64,000 nt of DNA from an uncultured bacterium. Its GTDB lineage: Bacteria; CAZDME01; JAYEMH01. The position numbers were made by a program, and so were the translations under genes. The notes below the pieces were generated by a model that worked only from the letters and a program-made list of their open reading frames with translations, made no database searches and had not been told where the DNA came from. Position 1 is the stretch's first letter, and every line of letters begins with the position of its first letter. Below are positions 28,034 to 38,044 of the stretch, piece by piece. Location: positions 16 to 64,015 of the forward strand of contig CAZDKO010000002.1 of assembly GCA_964506075.1 (NCBI GenBank), written 5' to 3'.

Positions 28034-28924
28034 GTGAAAAGTCACATAGTGGATTTTTTGCAGTTCTTAAAAATTGAGAGAAATTTAGCCGATAATACCG
28101 TCAGTGCCTACGGCCGGGACTTAGAGAAATTCCGGCGATATCTTTCCTCGGTAAAGAAAGAGGACGTTTCTCTGGTTGAACGCGACGACATTCAGGATTA
28201 CACCCGCTTTTTAAAGGGGAAGAATTTTTCTTCCCAGACGATTGCCCGGAATCTGGTCTCCATCAAAATGTTTTTTCGTTTTATGATGCGGGAGGGCAAG
28301 ATAAAGAACGACCCCAGCCAGGACCTGGAAGCGCCCTTAAGCTGGTCAAAATTACCGGAGGTTTTAGGGATTAACGAGGTAGAAAATTTACTTAATCAGC
28401 CGGCCCTGATGAAAAGAAACGGCTGTCGGGACAGGGCAATTCTGGAATTACTTTACGCTACGGGAATGAGAGTTTCTGAACTGGTGAATTTAAAGCTTTC
28501 CGATTTAAATTTAAAAATCGGCTACGTCCGTTGTCTGGGAAAAGGAGAGAAGGAAAGAATCGTCCCCGTCGGGAAAATAGCCAGAGAGGTTCTTGAAAAT
28601 TATCTGGCTAAAGCAAGACCGGTTTTAACCGGCAAAGGAAAAGATTCCCAGTATTTGTTTGTCAATAAGCACGGCTTGCCGTTTTCCCGTCAGGCTATCT
28701 GGAAAATGTTAAAAAAATATGTCCGGAAAGCCGGCATCAGAAAAAACGTTACGCCCCATACTTTACGGCACTCGTTTGCCACTCATTTACTTCACGGTGG
28801 AGCTGATTTGCGTTCTGTTCAGGAAATGCTGGGGCACGCCAATATTTCCACCACCCAGATTTACACCCACGTAGACAGAGGGCGCCTTAAAGAAGTTCAT
28901 AAGAAATACCACCCGCGCGGTTAA
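28034..28924 (+). CDS. Tyrosine recombinase, XerC/XerD family
   Basis: GTG start. It has an N-terminal SAM-like core-binding domain (FLKIERNLADNTVSAYGRDL) and catalytic ELLYATGMRVSE...HTLRHSFATHLL...GHANISTTQIYTHV. Confidence 0.85.
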   Translation: MKSHIVDFLQFLKIERNLADNTVSAYGRDLEKFRRYLSSVKKEDVSLVERDDIQDYTRFLKGKNFSSQTIARNLVSIKMFFRFMMREGKIKNDPSQDLEAPLSWSKLPEVLGINEVENLLNQPALMKRNGCRDRAILELLYATGMRVSELVNLKLSDLNLKIGYVRCLGKGEKERIVPVGKIAREVLENYLAKARPVLTGKGKDSQYLFVNKHGLPFSRQAIWKMLKKYVRKAGIRKNVTPHTLRHSFATHLLHGGADLRSVQEMLGHANISTTQIYTHVDRGRLKEVHKKYHPRG

Positions 28925-28926
28925 AG

Positions 28927-31203
28927 ATGCAGATAATCGTTACTCATACTAATTCGGATTTTGACGCTTTAGCTTCTCTGGTAGCGGCGAGGAAATTATA
29001 TCCCGCGGCCCGGATAGTTATTCCGGGTTCACCCGAAGAAGCGGTCGCTGATTTTATCGTTAAATATGAAAAAGAACTTAACCTTTTAGCGGAGAAGGAG
29101 GTTAAATTAGAAGAGGTTAGTTTGCTGGTTATGGTTGACACCCGCCACTCCAGCCGGCTCGGCCGGCTCGGGGAAATAACCCAGAGGAAAAATTTAGAAA
29201 TTCATATTTATGACCATCATGCCGTTCATCCGCAGGATTTTAAAGGGAAAATTAACGTCGGACGTCTTACGGGGGCGACCGTTACCATCCTTCTTGAAAT
29301 GATTAGAAAAAAAGATATTCCCCTGTCGGCTTTTGAAGCCTCATTAATGCTCCTGGGTTTATATCAGGATACCGGTTCTTTAACGTATCCCTCAACCACC
29401 GAAGAGGATAAAGAAGCGGCCCGGTACCTTTTATCCTGCGGCGCCGATTTGAACTTTATCTCCGGTTATCTAAAAAAGAAAATGACCGGGGACCAGATTG
29501 TCTTATACCGGCAGTTAAAAAAGACCAGAGAGGTTTTTTTCTTCGGGGGGGCAAAAATAATTATTCTAAGTGCGGTAGTCAATCACTATATTCCCAACTT
29601 AGCCCTTATCACGCAGAAGTTTCTGGATGAAGAAAAAGCGGACGTTGTTTTTACCCTGGTGGTGATGACGCGGCATCTCCATCTGGTCGCCAGAAGCCGG
29701 AGTAAAGAAATTGATGTTGAAGAAATCGTGAGCTTTTTCGGCGGAGGGGGACATTCAACCGCTGCCTACGCCCGGATAAAGGAGGGGGAATTAAAAGCGG
29801 TTAAGAAAAATATTCTGGCTATATTAAGAAGAAAGATTAAAAAATTAGGCAGGGAGGATTGGAATAAAGTTATCCCTGTCCCGGAAATATCGCCGGCCCC
29901 CGCGGCTCTTAAAAAAGGGAAAAACCTGAAAGGATTAATGGATGACAGGCTTCCGGTAAAGATTATAAAATTTCTTAAGAGAATCGGCGGCTTAGGCGAT
30001 AAAGAGAAAAAATCCGTTTTTGTCGTCGGTGGTTTTGTCAGGGATTTAATTCTGGGGGTTCCTAATTATGATATAGATATTGTCGTGGAAGGCGACGGGA
30101 TATCCTTTGCGGATAAATTGGCGCAGGGTTTAAAAGCCAAGGTGAGAAAGCATAAAAAATTCGGAACGGCGGTAATTTATCTGTCGGACGGTTTCAAAAT
30201 TGACGTCGCTACCGCCCGGACAGAATATTACCATTATCCGGCGGCCCTTCCGCAGGTCACAGGAAGTTCCATTGAAGCCGATTTATACCGCCGGGATTTT
30301 ACGATTAATGCCCTGGCTATTTGTTTAAATAAAGACAGGTTCGGCCGATTAATTGATTTTTTTGGAGGGGAGCGCGACCTGAAAAAGGGGATAATAAGAG
30401 CCCTGCATGATTTAAGTTTTGTGGAAGACCCGACCAGGATTTTCCGGGCCGTCAGATTTGAACAGCGCTACGGCTTCCGGATAGACCGGCCTACCCGGCA
30501 CTTAATCCGAACAGCGGTCAATCTGGAAATGTTTGACTGGCTGACCAACCAGCGTCTTCTGGAGGAGTTAATCCTTATTTTAAGCGAGAAAGAGCCGGTC
30601 AAAGCGATAAAGAGAATGTCGGAATTTAACGAGTTAAGGTTTATTCATCCCCGGATAGAGTTAACCAGGGATTTAAAGCAGTTGTTTAAAAGTTTAAAAG
30701 TGGCGATTGAATGGGTAAGAAAAAAACTGCCTCACGAAAAAATAAACAGCTGGCTCATTTATTTTCTGGCTCTGCTGGATAATTTAGATAAAAATGAAAC
30801 GCAGCAGGTAATTAATAAATTTATCTTTTCAAGGCGGAACGGAAATCTTATTCTGTTGTCTAAAGAAAAGGGGCCGCAATTAAGCAATAACCTGCGGACT
30901 AAAGGGCTTAAGAACAGTGAAATTTTCTGCCAGCTGATGGGACTGCCGCTGGAAGTACTCGTTTATTTATTGGCTAAAGCCGGTTCTTCCCGCGAAGAAG
31001 AAAGAATAAAGAAATTTATTAGTGAGCTTCGAAAAATTCATCCTTTGATTCAGGGAAAGGATTTAGCCGGATTGGGAATTAAAGAAGGTCCGGTCTATAA
31101 AGAGATTTTCCGTAATATTTTATGGAATAAACTTGACGGGAAAATTAAGACTAAAAAAGATGAAATCGTTTTTGTCAGGGAAAGATGGGCTAAACCCATT
31201 TAA
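28927..31203 (+). CDS. DHH/DHHA1 phosphoesterase fused to poly(A) polymerase/CCA-adding nucleotidyltransferase
   Basis: N-terminal THTNSDFDALAS, IYDHH and GGGGHSTAA (DHH/DHHA1). Central VVGGFVRDLILGVPNYDIDIVVEG and RRDFTINALA mark the PolyA_pol head domain. Confidence 0.7.
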   Translation: MQIIVTHTNSDFDALASLVAARKLYPAARIVIPGSPEEAVADFIVKYEKELNLLAEKEVKLEEVSLLVMVDTRHSSRLGRLGEITQRKNLEIHIYDHHAVHPQDFKGKINVGRLTGATVTILLEMIRKKDIPLSAFEASLMLLGLYQDTGSLTYPSTTEEDKEAARYLLSCGADLNFISGYLKKKMTGDQIVLYRQLKKTREVFFFGGAKIIILSAVVNHYIPNLALITQKFLDEEKADVVFTLVVMTRHLHLVARSRSKEIDVEEIVSFFGGGGHSTAAYARIKEGELKAVKKNILAILRRKIKKLGREDWNKVIPVPEISPAPAALKKGKNLKGLMDDRLPVKIIKFLKRIGGLGDKEKKSVFVVGGFVRDLILGVPNYDIDIVVEGDGISFADKLAQGLKAKVRKHKKFGTAVIYLSDGFKIDVATARTEYYHYPAALPQVTGSSIEADLYRRDFTINALAICLNKDRFGRLIDFFGGERDLKKGIIRALHDLSFVEDPTRIFRAVRFEQRYGFRIDRPTRHLIRTAVNLEMFDWLTNQRLLEELILILSEKEPVKAIKRMSEFNELRFIHPRIELTRDLKQLFKSLKVAIEWVRKKLPHEKINSWLIYFLALLDNLDKNETQQVINKFIFSRRNGNLILLSKEKGPQLSNNLRTKGLKNSEIFCQLMGLPLEVLVYLLAKAGSSREEERIKKFISELRKIHPLIQGKDLAGLGIKEGPVYKEIFRNILWNKLDGKIKTKKDEIVFVRERWAKPI

Positions 31204-31296
31204 ATAGCAGAAATTTATATGGAAAATATAGCTTAAATCGTATAAAATAAATAGGGGACATTAAAACTCCGGAAACACTGAAATAAGCGAATAACC

Positions 31297-32703
31297 ATGA
31301 AAAAATTAAGGAAAATTAATAATTTTTGCGCCGCCTCAATGAAAGGTTTTACTTTTATTGAGACAATAGTGGTTATTTTTATTCTGGGGCTGGCGGCAGC
31401 GATTACCATCCCGGCGATTGAAAAAAGCCAGGAAACAGTCGGCATTGTCAGGGAAGCGGTAGATTTAAAAAATATCCAGGGTGCTTTAGAGCAATACCAT
31501 AATAGCCGGGGATATTATCCTCAAGGGAGTAATGCCGAGCTGGTTATTGGCCTTAGGCCCTATATTCTTTTTGAAGAAAAGTATATCCGGGATGGTTTAT
31601 TTATAGATTCCTGGGGAAACCCTTATGTTTATCGTTGTCCGGGATTTCTTCATCCGGAAAGTTATGACCTTTTTTCCTGGGGACCGACCGGTGTCCCGCC
31701 CGGTGAGTTAATTTATGGCCGGGGAGGAGAGGGATTTAAGACGGTTATCTGCGGCGTTCCGCAGAGCGTTGGGATTCAGGGAACCGGCAGTGTCTCGCCC
31801 GTCGGTGACGGCGAAGTAAATATTCCTTTACCTCCCAAAACGAGCACTTCTGGTTCAGGGGGTGGCAGCGGCGGAAGTTCTGCTTCATCCGGCGGCGGCC
31901 CGGGGACGACCGTGCAAATTGATATCCCCTGGGATTTAACGGTGGTGCCGAACGACTCCATGGTTTATCTTTCCTGGAAAACCCCTACTTATAGCGCCAC
32001 CGGTAACGCCCCTGATTTTTTCCGGGTTTACCGCAGCTGGATTCCCGGCGATGACTATGAGTTAATTGCGACCGTGCCTTATGTCTTATATCCCGACCGG
32101 CAAGGTTTTTTCCCTGATGCCGATGTCTCCAATAATTATACGTATTACTACCGGGTCACGGCGGTTTGGGAAGGCGATAATGCCACGGAAAGTGAATTTT
32201 CCCAGACGGTCAAAGTTACTCCGTCTGCAAACAGTATCTATGCCGAGCAGATAGCCGATAGTTTAGAAATTCTGGGTGAAACCCAGGCCGGTAACGCTCT
32301 GGCGTCTCTTATAGACTCTCAAGAAGTAACGTTGGGTTTTGGACAGATTAGTTCTTTAGCCATAGCCTGGTTTGAACCGCTTAATGAAGCCATAATTATA
32401 AATCTGGGTTATTTTTCCAAAGATTCTAAAGTGGGCGCGGCTCTTTTAGCCCATGAAGCGACTCATGCCCAGTGGTTTTATGACCCGGCTCAGGGGACGC
32501 CGGTTCCGGATGGGGGAGACCGTTCTTCAAACTCAATTGACCAGGAATACCATGCTTTTCTGAATGCCGCTCTGGTCTGGGAAGAACTGGATGCCGCCGG
32601 TTTAGACTTTAATCTGGATGTATGGTCGGCAGTGACTTTACAGGGGGAAGAAGAAGCAAAGTCTTTAATCAGGGCGGTTTACTGGGGTTTACCTGAATAT
32701 TAA
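31297..32703 (+). CDS. Prepilin-type (GspG-like) pseudopilin fused to FN3-like and HExxH-containing C-terminal domains
   Basis: Class III signal MKG/FTFIETIVVIFILGL (alternative start ATG 31339), then the GspG-like core DSWGNPYVY and a Gly/Ser linker (SGSGGGSGGSSASSGGG). An FN3-like beta region follows (YYYRVTAVW), then LLAHEATHAQ. Confidence 0.6.
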   Translation: MKKLRKINNFCAASMKGFTFIETIVVIFILGLAAAITIPAIEKSQETVGIVREAVDLKNIQGALEQYHNSRGYYPQGSNAELVIGLRPYILFEEKYIRDGLFIDSWGNPYVYRCPGFLHPESYDLFSWGPTGVPPGELIYGRGGEGFKTVICGVPQSVGIQGTGSVSPVGDGEVNIPLPPKTSTSGSGGGSGGSSASSGGGPGTTVQIDIPWDLTVVPNDSMVYLSWKTPTYSATGNAPDFFRVYRSWIPGDDYELIATVPYVLYPDRQGFFPDADVSNNYTYYYRVTAVWEGDNATESEFSQTVKVTPSANSIYAEQIADSLEILGETQAGNALASLIDSQEVTLGFGQISSLAIAWFEPLNEAIIINLGYFSKDSKVGAALLAHEATHAQWFYDPAQGTPVPDGGDRSSNSIDQEYHAFLNAALVWEELDAAGLDFNLDVWSAVTLQGEEEAKSLIRAVYWGLPEY

Positions 32704-32717
32704 AAAAAGGATTTACT

Positions 32718-33326
32718 ATGAATAGAAAATTTAAAATACGTTTATCCTGTCTTGGTTTTTTGGGCTGTCTTATTTTAATCCTGCTGGTTTCGGCCTGCAG
32801 CCGCGAGAAAATATCCGAAAAAGAAAAAAGCTCAAAACAGGCAGATTTTCTTGATTTTAAAAGTGATTTAATTAATGTAACCTTTCAATATCCTTCCGAC
32901 TGGGAGATGAAGGAGATAGACAATCCCAGGGCTAATTATCACCAGATTCATCTGGTGGGGCCGCGCCGTGACGATATTATTTTTCCCGTGTCTTTAACGG
33001 TTACGACTTTCTCCCGGAGCAAATCTTTAGACGAAGAGTTAGCTCAATACTTATCTCAAAAAAAGAAACTGAAGGATTTTAATTTATTAAATCGTTCAGA
33101 AGACAGTTTAAACGATAAGGCGTTTAAAAACGTTGAATTCAGTTACAATATCAGTCTGCCTCTTTACGCGGTGAAGGCGAAAGAGGTAAAAATCAAAGAA
33201 AGAACAGCTTTCCTGAAAAATGACGATACGCTTTATAAAATCAGTTTTTTTGTTGATGAAGAAAGATTTGATGATTTCATAGAAGTTTTTAATAAAGTCA
33301 AACAGACGTTTTCTCTGGCCGGTTAA
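32718..33326 (+). CDS. Lipoprotein of unknown function
   Basis: Signal peptide with lipobox (LILLVSAC). 202 aa; no recognisable catalytic motif. Confidence 0.5.
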   Translation: MNRKFKIRLSCLGFLGCLILILLVSACSREKISEKEKSSKQADFLDFKSDLINVTFQYPSDWEMKEIDNPRANYHQIHLVGPRRDDIIFPVSLTVTTFSRSKSLDEELAQYLSQKKKLKDFNLLNRSEDSLNDKAFKNVEFSYNISLPLYAVKAKEVKIKERTAFLKNDDTLYKISFFVDEERFDDFIEVFNKVKQTFSLAG

Positions 33327-33351
33327 GAAGATAAATTCAGTTTAATTTTGA

Positions 33352-33378
33352 GCCGTCAAAAGATTGATGGCTTTTTTT
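33352..33378 (+). terminator. Rho-independent terminator
   Basis: GCCGTCAA-AAGA-TTGATGGC stem-loop (one G:U pair) followed by seven T. Confidence 0.5.
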
Positions 33379-33480
33379 ATGGATTGAATTATTATTGTCA
33401 TTGCCGTCCCGGTTATGATGGGGTTTTTTATTGACACTCGTCTTTTTATATGTTATGTTTATCCAGAGGTAACAAGAATC

Positions 33481-33792
33481 ATGGGAATTGAATTAAAACA
33501 CGGTGAAAAGTTTTCACAGGAAGAAAAGAACCTGGCCGCTTTAGGATATATACCTGTTATATGTCTTATAGTATTGCTTCTTAAAAAAGAGCATCCCTTT
33601 ATCTGTTTCCACGCCAAACAGGGGCTGATTATGTGTCTTTGCTTCTTTCTTTTTTGGTATATGCCGATCATCGGAACGGTAATGAATTTTTTCCTGGTAG
33701 CCATGATGTTTGTCGGTTTGATTAAAGCCAAAGAAGGGGAATACTGGAAAGCCCCCGTATTGGGTAACTTAGCCGAAAAAATTAAAGTGTAG
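33481..33792 (+). CDS. Small membrane protein (DUF4870-like)
   Basis: Start re-picked to ATG 33481. Pattern EEKNLAALGYIPVICLIVLLLKK...HAKQGL with three hydrophobic helices. Confidence 0.5.
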   Translation: MGIELKHGEKFSQEEKNLAALGYIPVICLIVLLLKKEHPFICFHAKQGLIMCLCFFLFWYMPIIGTVMNFFLVAMMFVGLIKAKEGEYWKAPVLGNLAEKIKV

Positions 33793-33798
33793 CGTCTC

Positions 33799-35106
33799 GT
33801 GAAGTTTAAAAAAATTTTTTTATTTTTTGTATTATTTTTTTTATCTTTAACCGGGGGGAAAAAAATCAACTCTAACGGTTTTATGCGGACGGAATTAAAT
33901 AACGGTATGGTAATTCTTACTCAGGAATATGACACTATTCCGGTAGTGGCGGTCAGTGTCTGGGCAAAAGTGGGTTCTTCTTATGAAGGGGAAGGGATTT
34001 ACGGCATATCTCATTTTCTGGAACACATGCTTTTCAGAAGGAAACCCACGGCTGAAAAAGAGGCCACCATCCAGGCAGAAATTGAAGGGGCCGGGGGATA
34101 TTTAAACGGCGCTACCGGAAAAGAAATAACCTATTATTTTGCCGTTGTGCCGAAGGATTTTGCCGAAGAGACACTGGAGCTTCTCCTGGACCTTTTTTTA
34201 AACCCTGATTTTGATGAGAAGGATTTTCTGGAGGAAAAGAAAGTAATCATTGAAGAAATCTCCCGTAAAGATGATAACCCGGCGGATTTAATGGGGGATT
34301 TATTATTTGAAACGATATACGAAAATCATCCTTACGGGCACTCGGTTTTAGGGAATATAAAAACGATTCAAAATATGAAAATTGATTCTCTGATTGAGTA
34401 TCATAAAAAATACTATAATCCCGGTAACATGATTGTCAGTATTGTCGGTGATTTTAATCAAAAAAATACGGTAAAAAAATTAAAGAAACGTTTTGGTTCT
34501 GATGATAAGATGCCGCCGGCGGCGGGGCCTTCGACGGGAAAAATTGAAAAGGGAATAAAACAAAAAGAAATGAAAAAAAACGTTAACCAGGCCTATTTTT
34601 CCCTGGCTTTTAGCGGCCCGGCGGTTACTGAGAAAGACCATTTCACCCTGGACCTTCTGGCCACGATTTTAGGCGAAGGCGTCAGTTCCCGGCTCGTTGA
34701 ACGTTTAAAAGAAAAGGAAAAGCTGGTTAATGATATCAGCTGTCATTTTTTTACGCAGAAGCTCTCCGGACTACTGGCCGTTTCTGCCTACTTTAATCCG
34801 GAAAACACGGAAAAAGTGAAAGCCGGCATCTGGGAAGAAATAGAAAAAGTTAAAAACGGCAAAATCGGGCAGGAAGAGATAGAAAAAGCCAAAAGAATGA
34901 TTGAATCTAACTTTTATTTTCACAACGAACTCTTTAAAGACCAGGCTTTATCCCACGCTTACTGGGAATGTTTAGGGGTCGGCGGGTATGAAAAAGATTA
35001 TCTTAACAACATAAATTCCGTCAATGCCGAAGAGCTTAAAGAAGCCGCTTCAAAATATTTTGACCCCCGGAATTTTTCCCAGGTTATTATTAAACCGCCT
35101 TCTTAA
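33799..35106 (+). CDS. M16-family zinc peptidase (catalytic subunit)
   Basis: GTG start, signal peptide and inverted zinc motif HxxEH (GISHFLEHMLF). Confidence 0.85.
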   Translation: MKFKKIFLFFVLFFLSLTGGKKINSNGFMRTELNNGMVILTQEYDTIPVVAVSVWAKVGSSYEGEGIYGISHFLEHMLFRRKPTAEKEATIQAEIEGAGGYLNGATGKEITYYFAVVPKDFAEETLELLLDLFLNPDFDEKDFLEEKKVIIEEISRKDDNPADLMGDLLFETIYENHPYGHSVLGNIKTIQNMKIDSLIEYHKKYYNPGNMIVSIVGDFNQKNTVKKLKKRFGSDDKMPPAAGPSTGKIEKGIKQKEMKKNVNQAYFSLAFSGPAVTEKDHFTLDLLATILGEGVSSRLVERLKEKEKLVNDISCHFFTQKLSGLLAVSAYFNPENTEKVKAGIWEEIEKVKNGKIGQEEIEKAKRMIESNFYFHNELFKDQALSHAYWECLGVGGYEKDYLNNINSVNAEELKEAASKYFDPRNFSQVIIKPPS

Positions 35107-35118
35107 TTCCTGTTATTT

Positions 35119-36444
35119 ATGAATAAAAAAAGGATTTTTCTTTTCCTGTTTTTAAATATTTTAATTGTTGTTTCCGGAATGAGCGCCAGGTCTGAACTGA
35201 AAAAAGGGAAAGCAGTGGTTAAAAAAAACGTTTTGGGAAACGGCTTAGAGCTTTTAATTAAAAATAATCCTTCTAATGAAATAGTAGCGATAGAAATTTT
35301 CTCCAGCGGCGGTTCGGCTTCGGAAAGTCTGGAGGAAGCCGGGCTTTCCTATCTTACTACCCGTCTTTTATTCAAAGGGACAAAGAACAAAGATTTTATC
35401 CGGATTGCCCGCGGATTTGATTCTCTGGGGGCTGCTTTCGGGTTTTCCGTAGAAAGAGATTTTTCCGAAATCAATCTGGTCGTGCCCAGAAAATACTGGA
35501 AAGAGGCGTTTGGTCTGCTCTCGGAAGTTTTAACCTCCCCGAGTTTTCCCGAAGAAGAAATCGCCAAAGAAAAAGCTTTAATGCTTCAGGAAATAAAAAG
35601 TGTTGATGACGATCCTTTTGATTATACCTATCGTCTATTTAACGAAAATATGTACGGCTGTCATCCCTACGCCAAGCCGGCTTACGGATTGCCCGAAACT
35701 ATATCAAAATTTAACCGTAATGACATAGTTTCCCGTTATAATAAATATTTCTGCGGCCGTAATACCGTGCTGGCTTTGGTCGGCAACGTCAATCCGAAAG
35801 AAGCGATGGAAATAATCAACAAAGGTTTAGGGAGTCTTCCTGCAGGCGAACGTTTACGGCTTCAATTTCAGGATTTCCAGATTCCGGCGGAGGGGAAAAT
35901 TGTTAAAAAAACCGACTTGACGCAGACGATGGTATTACTGGGTTTTAAAGCGCCCTCCATTAATCATCCGGACTATGCGGGGTTAAAACTTGTCAACTCT
36001 TTAATGGGCGGCGGGATGAGCTCCAGGATTTTTGAAAACATCCGGGATAAAAAAGGAATCGGTTATGCCCTGGGTACTTTTTATCCCACCCGTCTGGATG
36101 AGAGCGTTTTTGTTTTTTTTGTCGGCGTTCAACCGGAGAGGACCGAAGAAGCCGTTACCTCTTTCTGGGGTGAGATTGAAAAAATAAAAAAAGAAACCGT
36201 TTCTGAAGAAGAACTGACAAAAACTAGAAATTATTTAATCGGTAATTTTCTTCTTAATAAGCAGAGGAACAAAGACCAGGCCTATTTTTTAAGCTGGTTT
36301 GAAACGCTGGGTTTAGGGATGGATTTTGATGCGGTCTATCTGGATGCCGTCGGAAAATTAAAGAGTAAGGAGATAAAAGAAATAGCCAACAAATATTTTC
36401 AACCGGAAAACAGTTATCTTTTTATATTACAACCGGAAAATTAA
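35119..36444 (+). CDS. M16-family peptidase, non-catalytic partner
   Basis: M16 architecture with a signal peptide, but HxxEH is replaced (LSYLTTRLLF). It is paired with the upstream M16 gene. Confidence 0.8.
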   Translation: MNKKRIFLFLFLNILIVVSGMSARSELKKGKAVVKKNVLGNGLELLIKNNPSNEIVAIEIFSSGGSASESLEEAGLSYLTTRLLFKGTKNKDFIRIARGFDSLGAAFGFSVERDFSEINLVVPRKYWKEAFGLLSEVLTSPSFPEEEIAKEKALMLQEIKSVDDDPFDYTYRLFNENMYGCHPYAKPAYGLPETISKFNRNDIVSRYNKYFCGRNTVLALVGNVNPKEAMEIINKGLGSLPAGERLRLQFQDFQIPAEGKIVKKTDLTQTMVLLGFKAPSINHPDYAGLKLVNSLMGGGMSSRIFENIRDKKGIGYALGTFYPTRLDESVFVFFVGVQPERTEEAVTSFWGEIEKIKKETVSEEELTKTRNYLIGNFLLNKQRNKDQAYFLSWFETLGLGMDFDAVYLDAVGKLKSKEIKEIANKYFQPENSYLFILQPEN

Positions 36445-36449
36445 CGATT

Positions 36450-37253
36450 ATGAAGAGAAACCCTTGTGTAGCCGGACAGTTTTATCCGGGAGAGCCCGGA
36501 CGGCTCAGGAAAGAAATTGACGGTTTTTCAGTCTCCGGCGCCGAAAAAAAACCGGTTAAAGGAGTACTTTCTCCCCACGCCGGATACGTCTATTCGGGCA
36601 AAGTGGCGGCGGACGTATTTTCACGGATAGAAGCACCCGATACTTTTATTCTTCTCGGACCGAATCACACCGGATTAGGAGAAGATTTTGCTTTGTGGGA
36701 TAAAGGGACCTGGGGGACTCCGCTGGGTGAAGTGGAAGTTGATGAGAAACTGGCCGAAGAAATTTTAGCCGATTCTTCTTTAATTAAACCCGATTACCGG
36801 GCTCATCTGCACGAGCATTCAATAGAAGTTCAGCTTCCTTTTATACAGTATTTTGCCGGTTCGGCTAAGATTGTGCCTTTAGCTTTAATGCGCGGCACGT
36901 TTGGCGAGCTGGAAAAAATAAGCCGGACAATTACGGAAGCAATTCAAAAGACCGGGAAAAAAGTTGTCATCGCGGCCAGTTCTGATATGAGCCACTATTT
37001 ACCTCGTAAAGCCGCGGAGAAACTTGACAAAATAGCTCTGGAGCCGTTACTGAAACTTGAAGCCCGGCGGTTCTTTGATACGGTCGTTAAAAATAATATT
37101 TCTATGTGCGGCTTTCTTCCCGCTACGGTTATGATTCTGGTCTGTAAGGCCCTGGGTTCTAAAAAAGGGGAGATGGTAATGTACACCACTTCGGGAGAAA
37201 CCAGCGGTGATTATTTCCAGGTTGTCGGCTATGCGGGAGCTTTATTTGCATGA
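36450..37253 (+). CDS. MEMO1-family protein (AmmeMemoRadiSam system protein B)
   Basis: CVAGQFYPG, SPHAGYVYSG, GPNH and SSDMSHY. Confidence 0.8.
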   Translation: MKRNPCVAGQFYPGEPGRLRKEIDGFSVSGAEKKPVKGVLSPHAGYVYSGKVAADVFSRIEAPDTFILLGPNHTGLGEDFALWDKGTWGTPLGEVEVDEKLAEEILADSSLIKPDYRAHLHEHSIEVQLPFIQYFAGSAKIVPLALMRGTFGELEKISRTITEAIQKTGKKVVIAASSDMSHYLPRKAAEKLDKIALEPLLKLEARRFFDTVVKNNISMCGFLPATVMILVCKALGSKKGEMVMYTTSGETSGDYFQVVGYAGALFA

Positions 37254-38044
37254 TTCGTTACTTTCCGTTCGCTAAAAAAAATAAAGTCGCTCTGGTTCTC
37301 GGCGGTGGCGTCGCCCGCGGACTGGCCCATATCGGGGTGCTGAAGGTTCTAAACAGGGAAAAAATTATCGTTGATATGGTGGTGGGGACGAGCATCGGCG
37401 CTTTAATAGGGGCTGCTTATTGCGCCGGGCATAATCTGAGCTCTCTGGAGAAAAAGGCCCAGAAAATGTCGTGGAAAGATTTATTTGACTTCGGTATACC
37501 CCGGCTGGGTTTAATGGAAGGGAAAAAACTGGAGCGGTTAATAAGGGAGGAAATCTCCAACCTCCGTTTTGAAGATTTAAAAATTCCCCTGGCGGTAGTC
37601 ACGACGGATATAAATAACGGGGTTGAAGTGATTCACACCAAAGGCTTACTCTGGCCGGTAATCAAAGCCAGTTGTTCTATTCCCGGCCTTTTTAATCCGG
37701 TTAGAGTGGATAAGAAGCTTTTAGTGGACGGCGGGGTTTTACATAACGTTCCGGCTAAAATTGCCCGTGATTTGGGAGCGGATAAACTGATTGCGGTTGA
37801 TGTCGGTTATTATATCAAAAAAGGAGAAATGAAAAATATCTGGAGTGTTTTCCTGCAGGCCTGGCATTTGCGGGGAAAAGAACTGGGGCGTTATCAGAAT
37901 TTACATGCGGAAATTCTGATAAAGGTGAATTTACCGGGTGTCTCTCCGGTTGATTTTCAGCATAGTAAAGAATGCATCCGGCAGGGTGAACTGGCGACCG
38001 AGAAAAAAATACCGCAGATTAAAAAACTATTGAGAATAAAATGA
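37250..38044 (+). CDS. Patatin-like phospholipase
   Basis: LGGGVARGLAHIGV (oxyanion), GTSIGA (GxSxG) and VDGG (Asp of the catalytic dyad). Confidence 0.85.
   Translation: MIRYFPFAKKNKVALVLGGGVARGLAHIGVLKVLNREKIIVDMVVGTSIGALIGAAYCAGHNLSSLEKKAQKMSWKDLFDFGIPRLGLMEGKKLERLIREEISNLRFEDLKIPLAVVTTDINNGVEVIHTKGLLWPVIKASCSIPGLFNPVRVDKKLLVDGGVLHNVPAKIARDLGADKLIAVDVGYYIKKGEMKNIWSVFLQAWHLRGKELGRYQNLHAEILIKVNLPGVSPVDFQHSKECIRQGELATEKKIPQIKKLLRIK

Noticed and set aside
28034-28924. Considered the tyrosine recombinase as the island integrase.
   Set aside because: Its sequence is XerC/XerD-like. It sits 20 kb away within housekeeping genes, so it is most likely the chromosome dimer-resolution enzyme.
33459-33869. 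136-aa minus-strand ORF.
   Set aside because: It is antisense to the DUF4870-like membrane gene and the M16 peptidase start. It has no SD and a compositionally odd translation.
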